From Marine group II euryarchaeote REDSEA-S42_B7 (GTDB lineage Archaea > Thermoplasmatota > Poseidoniia > Poseidoniales > Thalassarchaeaceae), in assembly GCA_001629255.1 (NCBI GenBank), contig LURZ01000001.1, positions 6,850 through 70,849 of the forward strand: a DNA stretch of 64,000 nt. The letters are read 5' to 3'. Position numbers and translations under genes: made by a program. The notes beneath the pieces were generated by a model that did not search any database, was not told the origin of the DNA, and worked only from the letters and a program-made list of their open reading frames with translations. This document shows, one piece after another, positions 32,287 to 42,872 of the stretch (position 1 is the stretch's first letter; each line of letters opens with the position of its first letter).

Positions 32287-32868
32287 TCAACACAAGCTGC
32301 TCGAGATCAACCTGGTTGAATCGGACTCCTTGGTAGGGTCAATAACCAGCCAACCAAACTCTGATCCCGATAGAACTAGCTCCTCCTGAATCTCCCTAAT
32401 CCGATCAAGATTACCGAGATAGTGGTCCACTTTCTTACCGTTGTGCTTTTCTCTATTTGCTATCATTCCTCGATGCCTCTCCTCGCTGGAGACATAGAGA
32501 ACAACTCCGATGGCCACACCGCCAGCCTCCCTCCAGAGATCAATAACCTCCTTGTTTGGGAGATAATGAACCCCTTCCAGAAGCAAGTCAGTTCCCTTTG
32601 AGATGGCTCTCTCTATTACCGCCAAAACCCCTCCTGAGAGGGCCTGAACCGTTTCTTTCCAATCTTCCGCAGCCGAACCCCCAGCCGGCTCGAAAGAGGA
32701 ACGATGTAGGGCAGGTCTTGCAGTGGATGATATCTGCGTCCTCAGAACCTCTCGAATCGTGTCCGTGGACGCTATTTTTGCAAGGCCAAGAGAAGATGCC
32801 AGACTTGTAGACATAGTGGATTTTCCGACCCCGCTGGTCCCACAGATAATTAACAGTCTTGGGACCAA
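32287..32868 (-). CDS. P-loop kinase of the 2-phosphoglycerate kinase / mevalonate-3-phosphate 5-kinase family
   Basis: GTSGVGKS, STDTIREVLR, LHRSSF, LEGVH, IREIQ; no ATP-cone domain. Confidence 0.75.
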   Translation of the reverse strand: MVPRLLIICGTSGVGKSTMSTSLASSLGLAKIASTDTIREVLRTQISSTARPALHRSSFEPAGGSAAEDWKETVQALSGGVLAVIERAISKGTDLLLEGVHYLPNKEVIDLWREAGGVAIGVVLYVSSEERHRGMIANREKHNGKKVDHYLGNLDRIREIQEELVLSGSEFGWLVIDPTKESDSTRLISSSLC

Positions 32869-32876
32869 TTAATCAC

Positions 32877-34295
32877 CTAGCGCTGAATTGATTTGATTTC
32901 GAGGAACTCTTCCATTCCGTGGACCCCTAACTCTCTCCCCAGTCCCGATTGCTTGTACCCCCCGAAAGGAGCAGTAACGTTGAAGGCGCCACCATTAATG
33001 CTGACTTGACCAGTCCTCAACATCTTGGCTACTCTCATTGCTCTCTCCTCATCACCAGACCAGACCCCTCCAGATAGCCCATATTCAGAATCGTTCGCTA
33101 GCTCTACTGCCTCCTCCTCTGAGGAGTATGAGGTGATGCATAGAACAGGACCGAAAATCTCCTCTCTGAATATGGTCATATCCGGGGTAACGTCCGCGAA
33201 GACGGTCGGCTTTACGAAAAATCCAGACTCAAGCCCATCTGGCACCCCCTCTCCTCCTGCAACTAGGGTAGCCCCCTGTTCGATTCCACTAGAGATGTAT
33301 GAAGAAACACTTTCCTGCTGCCTCTTGGAGACCAGTGGGCCACATCTGCTGGACTCATCCATGGGGTCTCCAACAGTGTACCTCCCGATCTTGTTTGAGA
33401 TAACCTCCACTACCTCGTCTCTATAATCCTCTGGCACTAGAAGCCGAGTAAGGGCCGAGCACTCCTGACCAGAGTTTCCGAAGCACGAGTAAATCGCCGA
33501 AGTTGCCGCTCGTTGGATGTCTGCGTCGTCCAGTATTATGTTCGCACTCTTTCCACCGAGTTCCAGTGTCACTCTCTTTACGCTTGGTGCTGCCAGTTCC
33601 GAGACCCTAATCCCAGCGCTTGTAGATCCTGTAAAGCTGACCATATCCACCATTGGATGGCTAGACAAGGTCTCTCCGATTTCTCTCCCGTGACCTGAAA
33701 TCAAATTGAAAACCCCATCAGGAAGGCCTACATCATCCAGGATATCTGCTAGAAGGAATGCATTCAGGGGCGCCTCTTTGGATGGCTTCAGCACCATCGT
33801 GCAACCCGCTGCGATAGCTGGCGCCACCTTTCCGATTATCTGGTGCAGGGGGAAGTTCCACGGGGTAATCATAGCTACCACCCCTATCGGCTCCTTGATT
33901 ACGAGAGAGTTCCTTACCTCTTCCTCCCATACGTATCCGTCTAGGATCTTCGCGTAAGACCTTGAAACAACCCTTGGAGTACCTACCATCGCCATCCTGG
34001 AGTACTCTATAGGTGTCCCTACCTCCGAAGTAATTGTCTCGGCTAGATTCTCGCTTCTATCCTTGATTAAGCCCGAAATCCTGTTTAGGAATTCTACTCT
34101 CTCGCTAACCTCGGTTGTTGACCAATCCGTGAATGCTGACCTAGCAGCCTCTACAGCAGAATTAGCATCTGAATCGCTGGAGACTGGTACGGAACCAATC
34201 ACCTCCTCATTGGTGGGATTGATTACCTCGATAGAGCCCTCTCCACTGGGCTCTACCCAGTTTCCATTGATGTACAGGTGCCGGCGTTCGTGCAT
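32877..34295 (-). CDS. Aldehyde dehydrogenase
   Basis: ITPWNFP, FTGS, LELGGKS, NSGQEC, EEIFGPV, PFGGYKQSG. Confidence 0.95.
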   Translation of the reverse strand: MHERRHLYINGNWVEPSGEGSIEVINPTNEEVIGSVPVSSDSDANSAVEAARSAFTDWSTTEVSERVEFLNRISGLIKDRSENLAETITSEVGTPIEYSRMAMVGTPRVVSRSYAKILDGYVWEEEVRNSLVIKEPIGVVAMITPWNFPLHQIIGKVAPAIAAGCTMVLKPSKEAPLNAFLLADILDDVGLPDGVFNLISGHGREIGETLSSHPMVDMVSFTGSTSAGIRVSELAAPSVKRVTLELGGKSANIILDDADIQRAATSAIYSCFGNSGQECSALTRLLVPEDYRDEVVEVISNKIGRYTVGDPMDESSRCGPLVSKRQQESVSSYISSGIEQGATLVAGGEGVPDGLESGFFVKPTVFADVTPDMTIFREEIFGPVLCITSYSSEEEAVELANDSEYGLSGGVWSGDEERAMRVAKMLRTGQVSINGGAFNVTAPFGGYKQSGLGRELGVHGMEEFLEIKSIQR

Positions 34296-34363
34296 GGCCG
34301 ACCCAACCTGCGACATCTTATGATATTCATGCAATTCAATAGAGTGGCCCTTGCTCGAGAGCC

Positions 34364-35161
34364 ATGCCAGTTTCCACCGACATGCTTGACGGAGGGGTAG
34401 CTGTGGTCACTTTGTCTCCAGCTGCCTCCTCGAACACCTTCTCCCCCGATCACTTCGACCCATTTCTCTCATGTTTACAAGAGGTGATGGCAAACCCCTC
34501 TTGTAGGTCAGTAGTAATCACTGGTTCTGGACGCTTCTTCTCCTCTGGGGGTAACATGGACGACTTTTCTGATGCAATAGAGAATGAAAATATTGGTAGT
34601 ATAGTTCAGGAGATGACCGATAAGCTACATTCCCTTCTCTTGAGGATGAGGACTTCTGAGAAGGTTTTCGTATGCGCCATCAATGGGTCAGCAGCCGGAG
34701 GAGGACTAGGTTTGGCACTAGCATCAGACTACAGAGTCTGCTCTCCAGAGGCGAAGCTCGCCTCCGCGTTTTTCCGACTAGGGCTCTCACCTGACGGGGG
34801 GATGACATGGTTGCTCCCAAGACTGGTCGGGAACCAGGTGGCTCGCAAGTTCTTCTTCAACTCCGAAGTTTGGTCTGCCGAACAGGCCCTCGATTATGGA
34901 GCAGTCGATGAGTTGGCCGACTCCAGTGTCCTTCTAGAAAGGGCCATTGAGGTTGCCAGAGATTGGGGCAAGTGGTCGGTCAGCAGCAGAAAGGGGACGA
35001 AGCAACTGCTAGATGCGTCCACTTCTACATTCTTCGAGACTCAGCTGCATTTCGAGCAGTCGCTAATGATTGCATCCTCGCAAACGGAGGATTTCGTCGA
35101 GGGAGTCACTTCATTCAAGCGTAAGAGGGAACCATCGTTTGGAAGTTCAGAGGAGGAGTAG
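34364..35161 (+). CDS. Enoyl-CoA hydratase/isomerase (PaaG-like subgroup)
   Basis: FFSSGGN, INGSAAGGGLGLALASD, AFFRLGLSPDGG (Asp-type catalytic motif). Confidence 0.85.
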   Translation: MPVSTDMLDGGVAVVTLSPAASSNTFSPDHFDPFLSCLQEVMANPSCRSVVITGSGRFFSSGGNMDDFSDAIENENIGSIVQEMTDKLHSLLLRMRTSEKVFVCAINGSAAGGGLGLALASDYRVCSPEAKLASAFFRLGLSPDGGMTWLLPRLVGNQVARKFFFNSEVWSAEQALDYGAVDELADSSVLLERAIEVARDWGKWSVSSRKGTKQLLDASTSTFFETQLHFEQSLMIASSQTEDFVEGVTSFKRKREPSFGSSEEE

Positions 35162-35162
35162 G

Positions 35163-35624
35163 GTGGTCAGAAGACTCGTTATCATGCGTCATGCGAAAAG
35201 CAGCTGGAAAGATCAGAACTTCGATGATCACGAACGACCACTGAACAATAGGGGCAGGAGGGATGCTCCCATAGTGGCAGATGCAATTTTCGATAGGGGT
35301 TGGATTCCAGAACTTATACTGGTTAGCAGTTCGAAGAGGACTCTCCAGACTCTGGAGGGGATGTCTCACAGGATGGGAAAGATTCCATTCCAGGTTAGAC
35401 CGGGAATCTACCATGCGACAGTGTTAGACCTAATGGAAGAATTGGAAGATGTGTGGGATAACGGGACCACCATGATAATTGGCCACAATCCTGGCTCGGA
35501 GATTCTTGTGAACCATCTCTCCGGAGAATGGCATACAATGCCCACTGCAACCGCGGTTTTATTGGGCCACTCGGGATCATCATGGACGGTCAAGGACGTT
35601 ATTCGTCCAAAGGAGATTGAATAG
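35163..35624 (+). CDS. SixA-like histidine phosphatase
   Basis: MRHAKSSW, DHERPLN.RG, IGHNPG, MPTA. Confidence 0.88.
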   Translation: MVRRLVIMRHAKSSWKDQNFDDHERPLNNRGRRDAPIVADAIFDRGWIPELILVSSSKRTLQTLEGMSHRMGKIPFQVRPGIYHATVLDLMEELEDVWDNGTTMIIGHNPGSEILVNHLSGEWHTMPTATAVLLGHSGSSWTVKDVIRPKEIE

Positions 35625-36889
35625 TCAAGGATGCCCGGGGACATCATCAGACCAGTGTGACATCTTGTTCAGAGTGATGGTCACATTAGTCACCTCTCCT
35701 TGTTCCCAGTAATCAACACCAACGAATGTCGGTCTATTTCCTACAGTTTCCCAGCATAACAGAGCTCTCTGCAATAGAGTATCGTAAGCATTGACCTGAG
35801 ACGCTTTAATTGGATCCGCAAATCCAAAATCGCTGTTTAACCAGTTATTCATATGCCAAACAGGTTGATTTGAATCGCCTCTTCCAAGATCGCAGGTCAT
35901 TTCTTCTTGGCTAGATTCTCCATACGGGGTATCCCAAGTATGCCTCCAAGCCGGCAATAATTTAGTGAAATTATCTTCATATTCCATCTGTATGAAAATC
36001 AAGACATCAGTCCCAGATAGTGACATATCCCCTAAAGACGGCCATGGGCTTCCTAATTCGTGGATGTAAGCCCTCTCCAAGATTCCTGTTTCATTCAGCA
36101 GGTACTCCAGATGCTCTCCCGGTACCGCATAGTTCTGTATCAAAAGACTGACAACGTCTCCGCTGCTATTATTATGGAGGGAATTGAGACTTCTGAGCCA
36201 AGCAAAGGCATCAACACTACCAAACAAGCATGGGGGCGTATTCGGCAAGGACGGTGCATGGCAAAAAACCACGTCCTCTTTTTCACTATTAAATTCAGAC
36301 TGGTGATAGGGGTCTAGCATGAAAGCTCTGATGCCACCCTCCCATTGACTCCGCAAACCAGTTAGATGGTTTATTCCGCCCATTATGCCATCTTCTGGGG
36401 TGGAGAATGAGTTATGACTCTCTGCGAAGGTGAAATCGTCATATGTTCTAAGGCAATAACTAGCCTCTCCGTGACAGGCGATAAAGTCATTCGGATCCAT
36501 CGGATTGAAACCCCTCTCTAACTCCCAATCGTTTGGGAGATCATCGCCATCCGCATCGTCATCCCACTCATCACACTCCATGTCTCCGTCTAGATCGTCT
36601 GGTACAGATTCACTATCAACCGGGTCAGTTCCGCACATCGCTTCCTTGGCATCGCTCCAAGAATCCCCATCATCATCCAAGTCATTGAGGTCGCATTGTG
36701 AATCGCCATCAGTGTCAGTCGGTATCACGTGCAGTTCATTTCCTCGGAGTTGCTCCAACCATCGCCATCGATATCCAGATCCTCAGCGTCCTGAATACCA
36801 TCTCCATCCATATCAGGGGGAGGAGCTTCCAAGCATCCTGGTGTAATTAGCGAGACGCACAACAAAAAGGAGAACAATTTTTTTTGCAT
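35625..36889 (-). CDS. Lipoprotein with thrombospondin-type-3-like Ca-binding repeats and a PI-PLC-like phosphodiesterase domain; frameshifted near 36730
   Basis: N-terminus read from ATG 36889: MQKKLFSFLLCVSLITPGC-LEAPPPDMDGDG...NCT*, continuing in the track ORF as VIPTDTDGD. Also HNSF, GIRAFMLD, CH and RPTFVGVDYW. Confidence 0.72.
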
Positions 36890-36925
36890 TTGCCGGTCAT
36901 CCTACCTATCAAATCCAGTGGCATC

Positions 36926-37744
36926 CTAGTCCATAACGGTCTCGTGGTGATCAGGGACGAAAGTCTGCTCAGTCATTGGTGGTCTCACGTATCCTCTCGC
37001 GGTCTTCCTCTCTGGAAGCTCTATCGGCTCTGGAGTAAGGTCCTCGTACTCAATCATAGAAAGTAGATGGCTAATGCAATTTAAGTGAGCATGCCTCTTG
37101 ATATCGGAATTAACCACGAACCATGGGGACTGCTTAGTGTCAGTGTGAGCGAACATCACGTCCTTTGCCTCCGAGTAGTCTTCCCAGCGTGTGAGTGACT
37201 CTAGATCCATCGGACTAAGCTTCCACCTCTTGTGCGGTTCGTCCAATCTTGCCTTGAAACGTTTCAACTGCTCGTCATCGGAAACTGAGAACCAATACTT
37301 GATCAGAATCGTACCGGACCTCATTAGCATTCTCTCGAACATTGGGCAGGATCTCATGAATTCGTCATACTCTCCCTCATCGCAGAATCCCATAACCCTC
37401 TCGACCCCTGCTCTGTTGTACCAACTTCTGTCGAACATCACTATCTCTCCAGCAGCAGGGAGATGGTTGACGTACCTTTGGAAGTACCACTCGGTCTTTT
37501 GCCTCTCAGTGGGAGCCGGAAGAGCTGCCACCCTCACAACTCTGGGGTTGAGGTACTGCGCGATCCTCTTTATAACGCCACCCTTCCCTGCAGCATCTCT
37601 GCCTTCGAAGACGATAACAACCTTGAGTCCCTTAGCCTTCACCCATTCCTGGAGTTTGATGAGCTCTAGTTGTAGCCTGAATAGTTCTTTGTTGTACCGC
37701 TTCTTTCCTATTCTCTCTATTTTCTCGCTCCCATTGCCGCCCAT
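36926..37744 (-). CDS. ppk2: Polyphosphate kinase 2
   Basis: FEGRDAAGKGG, WYFQRY, FDRSWYNRAGVERVMGFC, WKLSPMD. Confidence 0.96.
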   Translation of the reverse strand: MGGNGSEKIERIGKKRYNKELFRLQLELIKLQEWVKAKGLKVVIVFEGRDAAGKGGVIKRIAQYLNPRVVRVAALPAPTERQKTEWYFQRYVNHLPAAGEIVMFDRSWYNRAGVERVMGFCDEGEYDEFMRSCPMFERMLMRSGTILIKYWFSVSDDEQLKRFKARLDEPHKRWKLSPMDLESLTRWEDYSEAKDVMFAHTDTKQSPWFVVNSDIKRHAHLNCISHLLSMIEYEDLTPEPIELPERKTARGYVRPPMTEQTFVPDHHETVMD

Positions 37745-37813
37745 TATAATCAACCCCCCATAGCCGTCTTCGACAAAAGCCCTCTGGTCGAGGATTCGAC
37801 GAATCTCGACGAA

Positions 37814-38476
37814 TTAAAGGAGGCTGACAAGGTCAATCAGTGATGACCTAGGGTCTTCGGACTTGGTAACTCCACTAGCCAAAAGAACCCCTGAAGTGCC
37901 AAGTTGGATAGCCTTGGCCACGTCCCCGCCGGTCTTTACACCCGCACCGCATAGGATGCCAACACTCGAGGCCACTTCTCTGACTGCTTGGGCTGTACCA
38001 CTGACTATACCGGGATCAGCGCTAGTTACCGAAGTCTCGCCGCCAATCAACTCGGGCGGCTCCACAGCAACAAAACCCGGCTCCAATGCCGCCAGTGCCT
38101 TTGCCTCGTGAATGTCTGCGGCACAGGCGCAAACATGGAATCCATCTGGAATCTGCTCCATGAGCATAGCGACGTGTTCCAAGCTGACCTTGTGTTCCGC
38201 ATGATTGATCAGAGTTCCTGAAGCCCCCCTCTCCATTGCAGTTTCAGGGTGTAGCCACCCCGTATTCGAACCGAAACCTACGGGATCAAGATGCTGGCAC
38301 CATACCTCCAGTCCAGGAGCAGCAGCGACTACGGCAGACAGATCGAATGCAGAGACCGCAGCCACAATCCTAGCACCTGTATCTATGCTCTCCATAGCTC
38401 TAGCTAGATCTTCGGCACACGCCCCGTGAGCAGTCTCATAGGTCTTGAAATTAACAACAACTAGGGAGTCGACCAT
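37814..38476 (-). CDS. tpiA: Triosephosphate isomerase (archaeal type)
   Basis: VNFKTY, QHLDP, GTLINHAE, AVEPPELIG, CGAGV, GVLLASGV. Start ATG 38476. Confidence 0.95.
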   Translation of the reverse strand: MVDSLVVVNFKTYETAHGACAEDLARAMESIDTGARIVAAVSAFDLSAVVAAAPGLEVWCQHLDPVGFGSNTGWLHPETAMERGASGTLINHAEHKVSLEHVAMLMEQIPDGFHVCACAADIHEAKALAALEPGFVAVEPPELIGGETSVTSADPGIVSGTAQAVREVASSVGILCGAGVKTGGDVAKAIQLGTSGVLLASGVTKSEDPRSSLIDLVSLL

Positions 38477-38546
38477 AGACCTCCGAGGGACCGGGCCTCT
38501 TTGACAATGACGGGATTTACAACCAATATCGTATCTTATTCCTGGC

Positions 38547-39497
38547 TTAACCATGATCGACGATTTCCGAACTCAAGTCAGAACCCTCTGGGACCATAGC
38601 CCCAATCCCTATCAGGCACCCTTCGATGTTACAATTAGGGCCTATTTCCGCTCCCTCCAGAACAACTGAGTCGCGAACAACCGATCCTTCCTCGATGCAG
38701 GCTCCGGAACCTATCGTGCTTGAGACAACCTTACCTTTGTTCGTAGAACCTTCTCCGAACCACGAGCCTCTGTCAACCGAACCGCTGTTGAAACTCCCGG
38801 CCGAGATACATGCTTGGCTCGCTTCTATGAACGACTTAGGAGTCCCCGCATCAACGAACCATCCTTCGAACGGGAAGCCGTTCAAGCCGCCGGCTGCAGC
38901 TAGGTTCTCGTAGACATCCCTCTCAATGCTATGCGCTCCGGCGGGCATCAAATTGAAAATCTCAGGCTCAAGGATGTATGCCCCCGCATTAATCAGATTA
39001 GAGAAAGCCTCCTCTATCGGGGGTTTCTCTTGGAACCTCATTATCTTCCCATTCTTTTCCCTGTAGTCAGCGACACCGAATCGGGACGGATCCTCAACTT
39101 CCCACAGTGAGATGGTTCCAATGCCTCCGTTACTCCTGTGGAATTCGAGCATCTCTTCCACTCTGAGACTGGTAATTAGGTCTCCGTTGATTACGCAGAA
39201 TGTTCCTCCAGAGAGATGCTCTCTGCAGTTTGCAATGGCCCCTCCAGTACCTAGCGGCTCGGTTTCTTCAATTATCTCTACCTCGTAGGAGAGACTAACT
39301 TTGGAGAAGTGATCCCGCATCTTCTCCATTCCATAACCTGCGGCAATGAGAATTCTGTTCACTTGAGATTCAGGGATTATCCCCACAACATGCTCAATCA
39401 TCGTCTTGTCCAGAATTGGTAAGAGGGGCTTTGGGATGCTTTCTGTCCAAGGTCGGAGCCTTGTTCCGAAACCTCCAGCCAGAACTATGACATCCAC
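38547..39497 (-). CDS. NDP-sugar pyrophosphorylase (mannose-1-phosphate guanylyltransferase-like)
   Basis: LAGGFGTRLRP...PKPLLP, EPLGTGG, NGD, FQEKP, C-terminal hexapeptide repeats. Confidence 0.9.
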   Translation of the reverse strand: MDVIVLAGGFGTRLRPWTESIPKPLLPILDKTMIEHVVGIIPESQVNRILIAAGYGMEKMRDHFSKVSLSYEVEIIEETEPLGTGGAIANCREHLSGGTFCVINGDLITSLRVEEMLEFHRSNGGIGTISLWEVEDPSRFGVADYREKNGKIMRFQEKPPIEEAFSNLINAGAYILEPEIFNLMPAGAHSIERDVYENLAAAGGLNGFPFEGWFVDAGTPKSFIEASQACISAGSFNSGSVDRGSWFGEGSTNKGKVVSSTIGSGACIEEGSVVRDSVVLEGAEIGPNCNIEGCLIGIGAMVPEGSDLSSEIVDHG

Positions 39498-39595
39498 GTC
39501 AGGTGGGTTGCGTTTCTACGTTTGAGAGCTTCGCGCCTGCGACTGTCATAATCTCGATGCGTATCGTTGAAAGACGGACTATGTCTCGGGAGGGT

Positions 39596-40807
39596 GTGAA
39601 TATCCACGAGTACCAAGGTAAAGCACTCTTCAGAGAAGAGGGTGTCGCCGTGCAAGAAGGCGTTCACTGCACAACAGTCGACCAGGCTCTGGAAGCGTAC
39701 GACTCTCTTGGAAGCAAGGTCGTCGCCGTAAAGAGCCAGATACATGCGGGAGGACGTGGAAAAGGAAGCCTATACTGCCCCGACACTGGCGATTTGCAGA
39801 TGGAGGGCGGAGTCAAAATTGCCTTATCGCGTGACGAGGTCGAGACCTATTCGAAAAACATTCTAGGGAACATTCTGGTCACCAAACAGTCCGGTCCGGA
39901 AGGTAAGATGGTGAACAACCTGTACATAGAAGCAGGCTGTGAAATCGCCCATGAGTATTATCTCGCTCTCTTGGTCGACCGAGAAGAGGATGCAATCTTG
40001 GTGATGGCTTCAACTGAGGGGGGTGTTGACATAGAGGAGGTTGCTGAGACTACTCCCCAGGCTATTCACAAAGCTTGGACCGACTCATCCGGGAAACTGT
40101 CAGCTGGGGCCGACAGTGCGATGGCTGATTCACTAGGACTGACAGGCGTATCAAAGGACTCGTTCAAAAAAATGCTAGGGAGCCTGGTTTCTATGTTCGT
40201 ATCACGGGACTGTTCTATGATTGAAATAAATCCTCTTGTGAAAGCAGGAGACGGTGCGATGATCGCACTAGACTCCAAGATAAGTTTCGATGACAACGCC
40301 TCATACAGGCATCCCTGGAGAGCGGATATGAGAGACATGTCCGAAGAGGAAGAGGTCGAGATTAGGGCCAATAAATCCGGCCTATCATACGTCAAATTGG
40401 ATGGAAATATAGGTTGCCTGGTCAATGGAGCAGGATTAGCCATGGCCTCAATGGATGTTATCAAACTATACGGGGGCGAGCCTGCGAATTTCCTCGACAT
40501 CGGGGGAGGGGCTAACAAGGAGTCAATCACTACTGCCTTCGGAATAATTCTCGAGGATCCAAATGTAGAGGGCATTCTAGTGAATATCTTTGGAGGAATC
40601 ATTCGCTGTGATATGGTGGCTCGGAGCATAATCGATGCATCCAGGGAAGTCGGGCTTTCTGTTCCACTGGTCGTTAGATTCTCAGGAACAAACCACGAAG
40701 AAGGAAGGCACGTACTAGAGGAGAGCTCTCTGGAAGTCACAACCGTGGGTACGCTTGCCGATGGTGCCAAAGCAATCGTCGCTGCAACAGTTGGGGTGGA
40801 CGCTTGA
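39596..40807 (+). CDS. sucC: Succinyl-CoA synthetase beta subunit
   Basis: (M)[51 protein letters not shown] start 39596 after GGAGG. Confidence 0.96.
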   Translation: MNIHEYQGKALFREEGVAVQEGVHCTTVDQALEAYDSLGSKVVAVKSQIHAGGRGKGSLYCPDTGDLQMEGGVKIALSRDEVETYSKNILGNILVTKQSGPEGKMVNNLYIEAGCEIAHEYYLALLVDREEDAILVMASTEGGVDIEEVAETTPQAIHKAWTDSSGKLSAGADSAMADSLGLTGVSKDSFKKMLGSLVSMFVSRDCSMIEINPLVKAGDGAMIALDSKISFDDNASYRHPWRADMRDMSEEEEVEIRANKSGLSYVKLDGNIGCLVNGAGLAMASMDVIKLYGGEPANFLDIGGGANKESITTAFGIILEDPNVEGILVNIFGGIIRCDMVARSIIDASREVGLSVPLVVRFSGTNHEEGRHVLEESSLEVTTVGTLADGAKAIVAATVGVDA

Positions 40808-41733
40808 GTATCTGGATAAATGAATCCAGCAAGGTCCTAGTTCAGGGAATTACTGGAGGCCAGGGAACATTCCATGCCACTCGAATGACGGAGTACGGAA
40901 CAGATGTCGTGGGAGGGGTCACGCCCGGCAAAGGCGGCCAAGTGGTCGATCTCCCTGGTCGGTCTGTCCCTGTCTACGATACCATGGGGCAAGCCGTTTC
41001 CGAGACCGATGCTGATGTGAGCGTAATCTACGTTCCAGCGAGATTCGCAGCAGCAGCAATTGTCGAGGCCGCCGATGCCTTCAACGAAACTAAGGGCGAG
41101 GGATTGATCGTATGCATTACAGAAGGGATTCCTACTCTCGACATGATTAGATGCGTAGGGCACATTTCAGAAATGCCTGGAATCAGGCTTATTGGACCCA
41201 ATTGTCCAGGAATCATAACTCCCGGAGAAAATGGTGGTTGCAAGGTGGGAATCATGCCGGGATACATACACGCCAAGGGAAGAATAGGCATCATCTCGAA
41301 GTCTGGTACTCTAACCTACGAAGCAGTAGCTCAAACAATGAGTGTGGGTGAAGGTCAGACCACCTGCATAGGTATCGGAGGGGACCCTATCAGTGGAACC
41401 GGATTCATAGACTGTCTTGCTGCTTTTGAGGAGGACCCAGAAACCGAGGCCGTTGTGATGATCGGAGAGATTGGTGGGACTGCCGAAGAAGATGCTGCGG
41501 CTTGGGCTGCAGACAACTTCAGCAAGCCTATTGTCGGTTTCGTTGCAGGAGCAACAGCACCTCCGGGGAAGAGGATGGGGCACGCCGGTGCGATTATCTC
41601 CGGTGGAAAGGGCACGGCGGATGAGAAGTTCTCAGCATTCGAGAAGGCAGGGATTCACATTGCTAGAGATCCATCCAAGATTGGGGAAGTGCTAGTCTCG
41701 GTTTTGATTGAAGCCGGACTACGAGAGCCTTAG
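40804..41733 (+). CDS. sucD: Succinyl-CoA synthetase alpha subunit
   Basis: [37 protein letters not shown]. Confidence 0.97.
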   Translation: MSIWINESSKVLVQGITGGQGTFHATRMTEYGTDVVGGVTPGKGGQVVDLPGRSVPVYDTMGQAVSETDADVSVIYVPARFAAAAIVEAADAFNETKGEGLIVCITEGIPTLDMIRCVGHISEMPGIRLIGPNCPGIITPGENGGCKVGIMPGYIHAKGRIGIISKSGTLTYEAVAQTMSVGEGQTTCIGIGGDPISGTGFIDCLAAFEEDPETEAVVMIGEIGGTAEEDAAAWAADNFSKPIVGFVAGATAPPGKRMGHAGAIISGGKGTADEKFSAFEKAGIHIARDPSKIGEVLVSVLIEAGLREP

Positions 41734-41768
41734 GAACGAAGGCACCCAGCATGAAATAGTTGGTAACC

Positions 41769-42767
41769 ATGTCTGGCATATTCAACTCGGAATTGGACTC
41801 AATTCTCGAGGGGACGTCACGCTCCTTCTACCTCTCCCTGAAGGAATTGCCTAGGGCCATCAGGCCTCAAGTTAGCCTTCTGTATATGCTTGCAAGGACT
41901 TCTGACACTATCGCAGACTCGGAAGGAGGGGAACCGAAGGAACTCTTGGAGGCTCTAGAGTCATACGATGATTTTACACAAGGACGGTCCTCAGACGCTC
42001 CGGAATTGTCTTCCTTCTCACAGTTTCAAAGCAATAAATCAGAAGGACTCCTTCTGAAGAATGTAGAGACAGTGGTGTCCAGGATTGAAGGATTCTCTGA
42101 CTCTGATCAGGAGGCAATTCGCTCATGCTTGGGAATCATCATCAGTGGACAGATTCTGGATTTGAATAGATTCTCACTCGCAGAGGAGGACATCGCTTCT
42201 ATAGAGAAAGATGATGAATTAGATGACTATGCATATCGAGTTGCTGGGAGTGTGGGTGAATTCTGGACCCAGATGTCGTTAACTCATCTATTCAAATTAG
42301 AATCTGAGAAGGAGAATGAGCTATTCGAGAAAGGCGTTAGGTTCGGTAAGTCACTACAGATGATCAACATCCTCAGAGATATTCCATCAGACCTTGCTCT
42401 AGGACGATGCTACATTCCCCGAAAAAGTCTGGAAGAACACAAATTGAGTCCACAAGACCTATTGGACAATTCGAAAATGGAATCCTTCAGGCCACTTTAT
42501 GACGAATATCTAGACTTGACCTCAAAGTATCTGGAGTCAGCAATCCAGTATATCGAAATGATACCTCACTCGCAGTTCCGCCTTAGAGGGTCTTGCATGC
42601 TTCCAGTAATAATTGGAAAGAGGACTGTTTCACTGCTTAGGGGTAGAAACGTTCTTGACCGAAAAGACAGGATAAAGATTGATAGATCTGAAATCAAGGA
42701 GCTAGTCAAGAAGGTTGTCATGGCCGTCCCATTCAAAGAATCTAGCAAGAGACTCCTAAGAGTTTGA
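41769..42767 (+). CDS. Squalene/phytoene synthase family protein (squalene synthase/HpnC-like)
   Basis: TSRSF, YMLARTSDTIAD, YAYRVAGSVG, LQMINILRD...GRCYIP. Confidence 0.85.
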   Translation: MSGIFNSELDSILEGTSRSFYLSLKELPRAIRPQVSLLYMLARTSDTIADSEGGEPKELLEALESYDDFTQGRSSDAPELSSFSQFQSNKSEGLLLKNVETVVSRIEGFSDSDQEAIRSCLGIIISGQILDLNRFSLAEEDIASIEKDDELDDYAYRVAGSVGEFWTQMSLTHLFKLESEKENELFEKGVRFGKSLQMINILRDIPSDLALGRCYIPRKSLEEHKLSPQDLLDNSKMESFRPLYDEYLDLTSKYLESAIQYIEMIPHSQFRLRGSCMLPVIIGKRTVSLLRGRNVLDRKDRIKIDRSEIKELVKKVVMAVPFKESSKRLLRV

Positions 42768-42872
42768 TCACATATTTTCGAGTGTTTTCAGCTCTAAAAC
42801 TAATGATGCGCATTCCAATCGCACTCGGGAGACATTCAAGTGGACCCCGATACCGGCAACTTCTGAAGAGTT

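Noticed and set aside
36480-36830. GAT/GAC-rich repeats as a DNA repeat element
   Set aside because: Explained by DxDGDG Ca-binding peptide repeats in the lipoprotein.
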